This document shows, piece after piece, positions 40,740-51,800 of a DNA stretch of 64,000 nucleotides. The stretch is from assembly GCA_034780895.1 (NCBI GenBank), contig JAUZTB010000098.1, positions 78,123,710-78,187,709 on the forward strand, written 5' to 3'. Position 1 is the stretch's first letter. Each line of letters starts with the position of its first letter. The stretch is from Rhynchobatus australiae (Eukaryota). Below the pieces are notes generated by a model, which searched no databases, was not told where the DNA came from, and worked only from the letters and a program-made list of their open reading frames with translations. A program made the translations under genes and the position numbers.

Positions 40740-41460
40740 TAGATTAGATTGCTGTCACAAACACCAGAGTGCAATGAAATTCCTCGTTCACAGAACCAAC
40801 AGTATACATATTAATGATGAATACTAACAATAAATATAATGGTGAGTGCAAAATAGCAGAATGGCACAAAGAATGCAATCTGAAGAAGTGCAAAAAGTAA
40901 TCCTAAAGTGACAATAACTGAGGGAGGTAGAATTAAGAGTATGAGAATGTGGCAGCTGCACCGGGAAGCGGGTGTGAGAGAGGTGATTGGTTCAGAAGTC
41001 TGATAGCAGTGGGGAAGAAGCCATTCTTCAGTCTGGATGTCCAGGCTTTCAAACTCCTGTATCTTCTCCCAGAAGGTAGAAGAGAGAAAAAGGAATGGTT
41101 AGGGTGGCAGGCACCCTTGACAATACTGTTAGCATTCTTGTTGCAAAGCACTGTGAAAATGGGTTGGATGGAAGGAAGTAATGAACTTGTGATGGACTGG
41201 GCAGTGTTTACCACTTTCTGCAGGTTCCAACAGTCAAGAGCAGAGTAGTTGCCATACCAGGCTGAAAGGCAACCTGTCAGGATACTTCCTGCAGCACATC
41301 TGTAGAAATTCGAGAGAATCCTGACAGACATGCTGAATCTTCTCGATGCCTAAAAGTTGCTTTCTTAATCACCACATCAATGTGAAGGGACCAGATGGGG
41401 TTGGGGGTGATATTGGTGCCAAGGAACTTGAAGTTGTTAACCTATCTCTACAGCAGCTCT
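40740..41460 (-). mobile_element. Rex1/Babar 3' end (different subfamily)
   Basis: FYRC...SILTGC.SAWYGN...LQKVVNTAQ.I...HP.H..FSLLPSGRRYRS....TSRLKN.FFP.AIRLLN. Confidence 0.9.
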
Positions 41461-44439
41461 GGCAGAAAACATCAACAGTAAACTATATTATTCAAATTAA
41501 AGTCATTACATTAACTTAGTAAGTGTAGCACAAGGAAAAGTAACCATCAAAATCAAAGTTGATCTGAAAAGTAAGTTTTCCAAGTTCAAGTTATTGTGTT
41601 CATTTTGGAACTCGTACGGGGGATGACTACTCACATCCTCTACAATCTCCTCGTCCTTCAACTACACCTTCCCTAGCAACCCAATGCTCCCCAATCCACC
41701 ATCTTGGGTGCATCCAGTTCTGGCCTCCTTTCCATCCCTGATTTTTTTTTCACTCTACTACTTAAATTTTGGAATGCTTTCTCCTAACTGCTGGGAACTT
41801 CTTTCTCATGTAAAATATTCCTTAAATATATACTTCTGAGCAAATTTTATTATTCCCCCAAAATATTCCTGTGTGTCTCAGTGTTAAATGTTTCTTGGCC
41901 ATAATTCCTACCTTGCCAAAGTTCTCACAACATTAAAGGTGCAGTGTAAATTCAAGCTGTTGTTGAGATAATGATATATAACATGGTTAGGATTGATGTG
42001 GAAGTCCTTTAAAGCCAAACCAAGAAATGGAGACAAAGAAGACATACACTTTTATATACAGCTCTCCTGGTTTCCAAATGTAAACTCCAACAATCAAAGA
42101 GGCTTTTATTAGTAGGCCAAAGGCTACAGAAGTAATCATTTCACTGCCTGAATGAAGATGAAGAAGCTCCCCAGGTTATGACAGGGTTCTCTTCCTGTGA
42201 ATCGTTTGCAACCCGAACAGTTCTCAAGTCAGTACAGTAACAGTGAACTGAATTCCCACATGGTAGAAGATGCCTACAGCCCCACAGCAGCCAGCAAATC
42301 GATCCTGCTGGTCTCTGAAGTACTTGGTTGTATGTACAGCTTGTACATAAGTTGGGCATTTGTAGACTTGGCATNNNNNNNNNNNNNNNNNNNNNNNNNN
42401 NNNNNNNNNNNNNNNNNNNNNNNNNNNNNNNNNNNNNNNNNNNNNNNNNNNNNNNNNNNNNNNNNNNNNNNNNNNNNNNNNNNNNNNNNNNNNNNNNNNN
42501 NNNNNNNNNNNNNNNNNNNNNNNNNNNNNNNNNNNNNNNNNNNNNNNNNNNNNNNNNNNNNNNNNNNNNNNNNNNNNNNNNNNNNNNNNNNNNNNNNNNN
42601 NNNNNNNNNNNNNNNNNNNNNNNNNNNNNNNNNNNNNNNNNNNNNNNNNNNNNNNNNNNNNNNNNNNNNNNNNNNNNNNNNNNNNNNNNNNNNNNNNNNN
42701 NNNNNNNNNNNNNNNNNNNNNNNNNNNNNNNNNNNNNNNNNNNNNNNNNNNNNNNNNNNNNNNNNNNNNNNNNNNNNNNNNNNNNNNCAGGTACCTACAG
42801 GGTCAGAGATGGTGTGGAAAACCTAAATTGCCTCCACTCACATTGGCAAAGCAAGATCCAGCATGACTGCAAAGGGTATGTCACCATGACTGGTGAGAGG
42901 CAAATCGTGCTGGACCTTTCAATCGACTCACCTCTGAAATGTATTCATCACTGGAAAGAAATATGGTTTTAGTGGACCCAACAGAGAGAGAAAACGTCAT
43001 CAAGCCAAAGCAACTTTTTGAAACCAGCATTGATGTTATATTTGTCTATCTTCCAAAAATCACACAAGTTAAAATAAAATACATTACAAAAATATTAATA
43101 GTTGATAGATAACAGAATGAAGATCTATCTTCTTGCAAGATTTAGTAAAGAGCTTCATCTCCTGGGCTGGAAGAAATATCTCTACTTGCTTGGAATGTAA
43201 TGAAGTGCTGGAGTAGCTGAATTCACATTAGAACCATTTGAAGCCTTTCTATCCTTTCCAGACAAACTACTTCCATACTCAGGGTTTTCAGTTATTTCCT
43301 GCTCACCTGCACGTTGGCTAAATAGAATTCAAGCTTGTATCTTCTCCTCTTCTTGCAAAATTTAGCAGAGTTTCAATTCAACCAAGCGTCAAAAATGTAT
43401 TAAAGGGAACTACAAATTCTGCAGGTTTTTGCTGGAAAGGCATAACCTCAACTTGGCAATTACTTACAATAACATAATTAAAACCAGAAACTCTTCAGTG
43501 AGAAATCTTTGGTGCAGACTCAACCCATTTTGCAGAGTTGCCAAGAGTAGCACTTAACAAAAAGCTAGTGTTCAATATGCCTTGCAGAAAACCATCTGGT
43601 AAATAGCTCCCTTAGAACACTCCAAGCAAGAACCTGTAAATCAGCTTGGCTAACACAGATCATATCTGCTTCCTCAAGCCATGCATCAATAGTAAACTTT
43701 GATAATTGCTCTGGCAAGACCACAATCCTCTTTGCTCCCAAACTTGGGCATCAAATGCCAGAAGCTAGGAAGATGTTTGTAAACAAGCTATCGTTGTTTA
43801 TGGATCCAAGATTATGGTACAAAGAAACAGCATTTTAGGGAGTTGTGGGTCCTCTTGAATCTTTAAATCTTTATTAAATTCATTCTTAAAATGCTATACA
43901 TTCTTAGACTACTCTGTTTACAATGAATTAATTCATCAATTTGAATAATAACCTGAAATTTGGTTCTTATGACCACAGGTAAAGTTGCTGGAAGAACATA
44001 TTTATAACCTCTCTTTATGGTCTTACTTCTAATCTGAATTANNNNNNNNNNNNNNNNNNNNNNNNNNNNNNNNNNNNNNNNNNNNNNNNNNNNNNNNNNN
44101 NNNNNNNNNNNNNNNNNNNNNNNNNNNNNNNNNNNNNNNNNNNNNNNNNNNNNCATGTCTGGCAAATGTCTGCAACTGCCTGAATTTAGAATGACCTTAA
44201 CATAGGAAGAGAGCTTGAGGTGATGTAAATAGTGCAGTTAATGCCAAAGGAAGAGAAAAAACGAAAGGTGACTAAAAACTAGATTAACAAGGCACTAAAG
44301 GAAGACAATGAAATGGAGACACACAGAAGTCCAGGAAGGGAATTCCAGAGCTCAGAGCCAGGACAAATTGATATGCAGCTGTCAACTGGAAGACTAATAA
44401 AACATAGATAGATAGATAAGACTTCAGCGCCAGACCAAC

Positions 44440-44625
44440 ACAGTTCTCCAGTAGCAATAGGATTGTAAGATTACACAGGCATTAACATGCGAGACCACCT
44501 GAAGGATGTGCCTTTGAGATTAAAACATAATATAGGTACCGTGCCAAAGCCCCTGGAGTGAGACTTAAACTCACAACTATCTGACAATAAGACTGAAATG
44601 CTATTACTGAACCAGGCTTGACGTT
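44440..44625 (-). mobile_element. tRNA-derived SINE head; a similar copy at about 36090-36265
   Basis: The reverse strand reads ...tggttcagtaatagc...gtcaga.agttgtgagtttaagtctcactccagggg. Confidence 0.5.
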
Positions 44626-44948
44626 TAACACTGAGTTTTTTTCCACACATCAATACACTTCTTCAAAAATAGTAACAAGAGGTTAATCACAATGATCACA
44701 AAGTATTCTGTCCATTAATTTTCCATTTAACTCACACTTCCAGTTACTGATCACCAGCCTACATAACTAGGAATTAATTGGCACTTCTCATATTTAAACA
44801 TTTTGATTGAATTAGAAACATTACCAGTGCTCAAGAGCAACAATACTTTGTGTGCCAATTGCATTTGGAATTTCATTCATAATAGTATAGTGGTAGGGGA
44901 AAGGTTGCAAATAACAGCATAAATAAAGCTGTTGCCATTCTTACTTAC

Positions 44949-45094
44949 CATCCAAAGCAGAAGATAGCAAAATATATACCAATCATTGTAACGACCACAT
45001 GACGTACAACAGTCCCTGCTCTACCAGGACTGAGATAAAGACGGAACCAGAAGGCAGCAAACAGGGCAAACAATTGACAGACTGTAAAATTCAC
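44949..45094 (-). CDS. MBOAT1: MBOAT1 exon 2 (VNFTVCQLFALFAAFWFRLYLSPGRAGTVVRHVVVTMIGIYFAIFCFGW)
   Basis: 146 nt; acceptor ttttgcag|, donor |gtaagt; in frame with exon 1; strong similarity to MBOAT1/2. Confidence 0.96.
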
Positions 45095-48000
45095 CTGCAA
45101 AACAAAGTAAGAAGCAGCTTAAGCAAACAATGGTCAGATCTTGATTCTAGTTCCATCTGTTGCAATCTTTTCTGATCAGTAACTTAATTCTTAGGCAGGG
45201 GATTATTAGAAACCCATGTCTGAACTGAATGATGCAAACTCTGCAGACAAAAGCTGCTATTCATTTCCTGTTCTCTCATGAAATTATCCCAGTTAATGAT
45301 TCACTCAGGATTTGCAAGTACTGCACAGCATTGGTTTTTGACATCCAGAAGTTATTCACGGAAAGAGCTGTTGTTTATTTTCAGGAACAGATGTGTATTA
45401 CCAAGGAGTCAAGATCTAGGCTAATGTTCAGGGGGCTAAGGGTGGGAGGGGCTAAGGATCACAGTTGTGGGTCCGGGATGACTAAGGGATTTGTTGCTGA
45501 GTGCACTGAGGAGATTGGGAGTGGTGGTCAGGACTTTGGCAGCAACAGCTAAGGATGAGATTGGTACAGTGGAGGACTGGTGGGAGTCCTAGAACAGTTA
45601 GCATTGCATGAGAAGAGTTAGTTGTTTCAGCAGTGCCCATAAATGATTATTCTCAGGATAAACAGTTCAGGTTTTCCTCAATTCTCCAAAACAAGCATCA
45701 CACAAGCATCAATGCAGAAGTTGTAACAAGTACACAAAGATAATTCATTCTGGTGAGTGCCCTGTGTATTTTGCAGGGTGCCATGGAATTACCTAGAAAT
45801 AGTAATTTTCAATTTCATTCTGGGGTAAAAAAATATATTGATTTTCAATAGCATAATGCTGGGTTAAAAAATATTGTTATGTAATGGAATTTCTTGCCAA
45901 ATGTCTTTAACCCATCAAGCTTTAATAGTAAAGAAGCAATGCCACACTTGCTTTTACAAGACAGCATTTTACAACGTTTAGTCCAGTTTTCTGCTCCACA
46001 TATGCCTTGTCTCCTCCTACATTAGCTCACCCTAATAATACCTTCCAATCCTTGCATCCTCGTGTAATTATATAGATTCTCCTTGAATGCAGTCATGTAA
46101 TGTGTCTCAAATACCCACATTTAGGAGCATTTTCTGCAGTCTCATCACCATTTAAGTAAAGAAGTTTCTGCAGCATTCCTGACTATAATTATTTGAGACA
46201 ATATCATATTTATGTTTTATCCAATCCAAGTTTGTTTTCTTTATCAAATACCTGCAACTTATCTATCTTAAATGCCTTAATGCTGTTCTGGTCTCCTTGA
46301 CCAAAGTCACATTCCTCTTGAATTTTTCCCTGGTNNNNNNNNNNNNNNNNNNNNATACTTCCACCAGTTTACTGTCCCTCTTTTAATGTTTCTATCATAT
46401 ATTTTTATATTCTTGGATAACATATTTTGCAAAAGTTTTTTACTTGCTTATTTTGTTTTGACAATTTCCAACCTGTACACTTGTGTCTGTCACTTTCTCA
46501 GGTGAAAAATAGCATCTATTCATTCATGCCAGTTTAAGGATAACTAATTAATTCATTAACTTTGTTGTATTAGTGCTAACAGAGAATTAAATTTACCTAT
46601 ACTAATTAAAGAAGTAAACTAATTCTTTTTATATTATGCTAGGATTGGAAGGTATATTAGTAGGGTGAGCAATGCAGAAGTTGTTACAAAGGCACAAGGA
46701 TGACTCACTTTGCCCTGTGCATTTTCCATGGTACCATGGAATTAACAAGTTGCTTTGAAGTTTTGAGCTTTTACAATAAAAATGGAAGTACCCAGTGGAG
46801 TGAATCTCAATGTTGCTCCGGTTAGTTTGGCTAGATTGGTAACCAAATTTCTATTTTCTAAGTTTGACAGTGATATTGTCACTTATTCTTAAATGTACTG
46901 ACCACTGGAAGCAGAGACAACAGCATGAAAATACAAGTACAGTGGCTAATCCAGCTCCTTTACCAAAAAGGACTGCACATTTTACAATAACCATCAATAC
47001 AAACAAAATCAGCGTCATCCATCTCTTCTTGAAGCCTCCCAGGAAAAGGCTGAATTTTAAAATCAAAGTGTCCCAGGAACAACTTTCTAAATGAATCCCT
47101 TGCTTTGGCACTACAAAACCAGGAAGGGCAGAAAAAGATAACAGAGTTTACTATTTGCAGGCCCACATCAACTTGTTCCAAGGTCAACTGTACAAAATAC
47201 GAGGTGGGGATTTAAATGTGTTAAAATGACTGTGCATAAAACCCAATGTTGACCTGCTACTCACCCACTTAGCTGTGTATAGGAAACCCCTCCGGACAGG
47301 CAGGTTGCCTGATCGCAACATGACATTGCTCACCAGAAGTGATATTAACAGGAGTTTAGTACTTAGTCAATGTGTGTGGGCTTGCAGAGCTCCACGAAGC
47401 ACACCAATGAAACCAGAGGGCAAGCACAGTGACACTGGATATGGTCCAAAGGCTTTATAGGCAAGTTCAGCAATTAAAAACTACAGCCTCACAGCTGCTT
47501 GAGTGACTGTGAAAGATCTCCTTCACAGCTGCATCTGGAAGCCATGCAGCAAACTTTAGTTAAATTCAGGCATGAAGTGAAAATTTTGCTGTTTACTTTC
47601 CAAATTTTGGAGGTTAACTCCATTTTGCAGCTCTCCATGGCCACACCACCATGGGTTCTGTTTGTGTGTTACAGTGCTGCCTAGAAGAAGAGCAAGGACC
47701 TCAGGAACAGCATCAAGCAAGCTGCTTCTTGACACCTGAGGGAGAGGGGTCAGCAGGAAGTCCTGCTGGCAGGCAGACATAATCAGTGTATTGGTATGGG
47801 CTGAATTTGCTTCAAGTTCAAAAACTAGGGATGTAGATTTCAAGTAACTGGTGGGATTAGACAAATGATGAGGAATATTCTCAGTTCCACCAAAGTGCAG
47901 AGGGTCTTGAACTCTCTGTCTGGGAGGATGGCAGAGTGTCAAAAAATTTTTGGGTGAGTACCTGAAGAGTGGTGACCTGCACGGCTACAGACCAGATACT

Positions 48001-48369
48001 CAATATGGGTAAGGTTGAGCAGCTCTTTTTCACCTAGCACTAGCAGAACAGGCCAAAAAGCCTCCTTCTGCATCATTAATTTTCTATGACGCTATTCCTA
48101 CAATCTTCCTCTGAGCACAAATGTTCAAGGAGGCTCTGGTGTTCAGTCAGGCCACAATATGGCATGCTGCATACTAGAAACAAAATCTTTCTGTGCGCAT
48201 GCACAGGATTCCCAGAAGCTAACATGATGCCTTAATCCTATAGGAATCCATCCCTGATCCCTTCCCATCTCAAAGTAGACTTGCCAGCTGCCACGATACA
48301 AGGGAGATTCCCCTTAAAATATGGTTGACGACATGTGTAAAGCAATGCTAGAGCAATACAATCAATTTC

Positions 48370-48580
48370 CACTCTTCCATCCTCCATCCACCTATCACCC
48401 TCCTCACCTGGACCACCCATCGCTTGCAGCTTTTGCTCTACCCCTTCACCTTTTTATACCAGCTATCCCCCCTTTTAGTCCAGATGAAGAGTCTCAATCC
48501 AAAACATCTACTGTCCATTTCCCTCCACAGATGCTGCCTGATCTGCTGAGATCCTCCAGCTTCTTGTTTGTTGCTCCACA
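48370..48580 (+). mobile_element. Penelope-type terminal repeat with decayed hammerhead core
   Basis: agtccagatgaagagtctcaatccaaaacatctactgtccatttccctccacagatgctgcctga. Confidence 0.65.
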
Positions 48581-50494
48581 ATCAAAGACAATCCCAGTAA
48601 GCAAGCCATCAATACATTAACATTACACTTCAAAGGCCTGGACAGATCTGGAAACACCAGAAAGAATGTCAGAAGGCTGTTGCAACTAACATAACATTGT
48701 GCAGGCCCTAAAAGGGGGAGTGAACAGAAGCACTTCAGCCAAAGAGAAGCAAAACAAAATGTAGGCAAAGCAAGAGAAGCCATTATCTCCAAGGCTACCT
48801 CCTTTGCAGATACAAGAGTAATCAACTGAAAGCTCCCTGTGGCTCCCTCCTTTTCTTTTCAAATGTTCTGTATTCTCATTTCCTGCAGGGAGAGAAAGAG
48901 GCTTTGGAATGCAAGTTACAGTAGGTATTGAATTAATGATAGGAAAATATTTGTTAATGCTGACTATAAGGGAGANNNNNNNNNNACATATCAGTGGCAT
49001 CTAGACACTTAGGAATGTAACGAGTTGCACAGGTACAGAGGCTGTTTGCCAGGAAAGCTGATATTTGTATTCCTGTGTATTGTGAGTTAAGGTGAGCAGA
49101 CCTAGGGGCTGAAGCACTACATATCAGAACACAGGTGAATGTGCCACTTGCCTTGACTTGAAGGGATCATTGAAGTTCTCCCAGCACTGAATCCAAAACT
49201 GATCACTTCAATCCTGTTGCTCACTTTTGAGACAACCCCCTATCAGTAGGGAATATGATGTGCAGCAGGCACTCACAACAGTTCCCCTGACATCATCTCC
49301 GACAACGACATCCAGCAAAGAAGCACTGAACCATGGGGCAGCCATGATATGACTTCAGTCCAATTTTTCTCCTTAGTTGTGCAACCAACTTCAGAATTGA
49401 GTAGATATCCTGACTGAAACAATCTTTAGTAACGCAGTGATAACTGAACCATCCATCTCATCACCACACCCATTCAATTTAATTGGTTGCAAACACATTG
49501 CTGTTTAATGCTGTTGCATTAAAGCAGTAGGCAAAGATGCTACAGACTTGGCACAGAAGTTAAATTAATCTGTTCCTTTTGTCTTAAAGAAAATCAGACT
49601 AAAATTTAAAAAAAAACATAATCCTTCTACAATTGGAATTTATAGGACATGACACTGATACAGTGGATATCCATCATTCCTTCAATACACATTTGAAAAC
49701 TGCTTCAGTGTGGCCTTAACTTGTGGTCAATAGCAAAGCAGAAATCCTTCCCACCGACTTTGAATAAGCTCCTGACGAAAATTTTGCAGCCTCTGTAGTG
49801 AGAACTTGCCTTTCTCAGGCATCTGCTGTTGTCAGATGTCAGTTCAATGGGATCTCTGAAACCCTATAGCTGTAAAGTCATCAGTCTTTCTGAATAGCAC
49901 TCACATTCAGAATCTCCACCTTAAACAAACCAAATATGACAAACCAACATTGCTATCAGTTTCAAGGTGGCATGATGAAAAACCCCNNNNNNNNNNNNNN
50001 NNNNNNNNNNNNNNNNNNNNNNNNNNNNNNNNNNNNNNNNNNNNNNNNNNNNNNNNNNNNNNNNNNNNNNNNNNNNNNNNNNNNNNNNNNNNNNNNNNNN
50101 NNNNNNNNNNNNNNNNNNNNNNNNNNNNNNNNNNNNNNNNNNNNNNNNNNNNNNNNNNNNNNNNNNNNNNNNNNNNNNNNNNNNNNNNNNNNNNNNNNNN
50201 NNNNNCAAGGAACCCAAGTGTAGGCAAAGAAGAAATCAGTAGGAATAGAAAAAAAGAGCCATGCAACAGTATTGTTCTGACTGTTATTTTTTTATCTCCT
50301 TTTCTCTCACACCACTACCAAATAACAGTATTCTAATTTCACTTTTTCTGTTCCAATACAGACTGTCTCATTATTTAAAATCATTTTGATCCCAACCATT
50401 TTAATTATTCCAGGGGTCTTCAAAAGTGCCAACCAATTCATTTCCAGCAGAAAAAGTGACATTAAAAGAATATGTGGATTCTGAATACTATTTA

Positions 50495-50740
50495 TTGGTG
50501 GCACTCTCTCCCAAGAAGCAGCATAATGTGGGTTCAAGCCCCTAATCTAGTGCTACTGTCTTCAATTGAGGCATTAAATCAAGGTCACGTTCGTCCTCTC
50601 AAATAAAAGATCTTGTGACTATGTGGGAATATGAGTTTAAGTTTTCCATTAGTGCTCTGGCCACATTTAACATAATTATTATCAACATTACTGCAAAAAG
50701 TCACTTCTTGTGGATGCTTGCTATGCACATGTGGCGACTT
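50495..50740 (+). mobile_element. Deu-domain SINE abutting the intronic CpG patch
   Basis: gggttcaagccc (B box), gaggcattaaatcaagg, aaaagatc..gtgactat, cttgctatgcaca.gtggc. Confidence 0.6.
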
Positions 50741-50920
50741 ACCTTTCACAAACTGGCTCCCACGATCGCGAGTGTTATCGGAGGCCCCGACACAAGATAG
50801 CGCGGGGCACTCCTCCTTTGTCGGGCTAGTGGAGCCCGCGCACGAGAAGGTCACGCGTGATGTCAGCGCGGGAACTGTAGTTATTAAAGGGGCAGCGCAC
50901 CCTAGTCGTTCATTCGACTC
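50731..50920 (-). promoter_or_regulatory. Intronic CpG-rich promoter-like element and candidate alternative non-coding first exon
   Basis: About 19 CpG in 190 bp (hand count); ACTACAGTTCCC on minus at 50870-50881; palindrome TCACGCGTGA at 50851-50860; perfect minus-strand donor AAG|GTAAGT at 50743/50742. Confidence 0.55.
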
Positions 50921-51149
50921 TTGGACTCCAAACAAGTGTCTTGTGTCTTTATTCAGTGTAGCTAGCCATTACACACAAAATAATTGCTTTANNNNNNNNN
51001 NNNNNNNNNNNNNNNNNNNNNNNNNNNNNNNNNNNNNNNNNNNNNNNNNNNNNNNNNNNNNNNNNNNNNNNNNNNNNNNNNNNNNNNNNNNATAGATAAA
51101 AACTATATCGTTTACTATAGAGCACTCTTGTACTAAATTTAGCATTCAC

Positions 51150-51800
51150 AAAGTTTGATCTCCTCTACATTGTAGAGCTAATGCAGGTTGGATGACGGCT
51201 TTATGCAGTGCCTGCATTCAGTTCACAAGGGTGACTCCAAGCTTCCTGTTGCCTGCCACTTTAATTCTCTGTCCCACCTGCACTCTGACCTATCTATCTG
51301 TGGCATTCCATATGTTACAGATGTCCAACACAAGCTTGAAGAACAGCACCTCATCTTCTGTGAAGTCACACTGCAGCCTTCTGGATTCAATACTGAATTC
51401 TCCAACTTCAGGTAACTCTCTTTCTCTTGCTGTATCAAATCTGGCCATTTCTGTGGTCAGTCACCCATTAGCCCTGCACTTCATGAGATTCTACACTCTT
51501 TTATCTGTAATATTGCTCTTCAACTGTCACCGTTAACCGATCAACCACTATTCATCCCCACAGTAACTGTGGCCAACCCCAGTCCCACCCTATCAGGGAG
51601 GTTCCCTTTGTCCTTCTTATTTTTCCCTCTACTTTCACTGCAACTTCAAACAAACTTATTTTACTCTTTCCCAGTTCTGATGATGGGTCTCAACCTGAAA
51701 TATTAACTCTGTTTCTCTTTCCATAGATGGCACCTGACCTGGTGAGTGTTTCCTGCATTTTCTGCTTTTGCTTCAGATTTCCAGTATCTGCAATTTGTTT
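51150..51800 (+). mobile_element. Penelope-like element 3' end: GIY-YIG endonuclease C-terminus plus terminal repeat
   Basis: LPVACHFNS.SH.HSDLS..G...HKLEEQHLIF...TLQPSGFN.EFSNFR, followed by a ctgatga...gaaa terminal repeat. Confidence 0.8.
51673..51708 (+). ncRNA. Minimal type-I hammerhead ribozyme motif (Penelope-associated)
   Basis: AGTT-CTGATGA-T-GGGT-CTCA-ACCT-GAAA-TA-TT-AACT: stem I AGTT/AACT, stem II GGGT/ACCT, and both core boxes intact. Confidence 0.5.

Noticed and set aside
50848-50866. AGGTCAcgcgTGATG as an ERE
   Set aside because: The spacer is 4 nt and the second half-site is mismatched, so only a half-site is supportable.
50585-50935. 116-aa ORF across the intronic CpG patch
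   Set aside because: Non-ATG start and no recognisable homology. Its phase at the 50743 donor (1) does not fit exon 2 (0).
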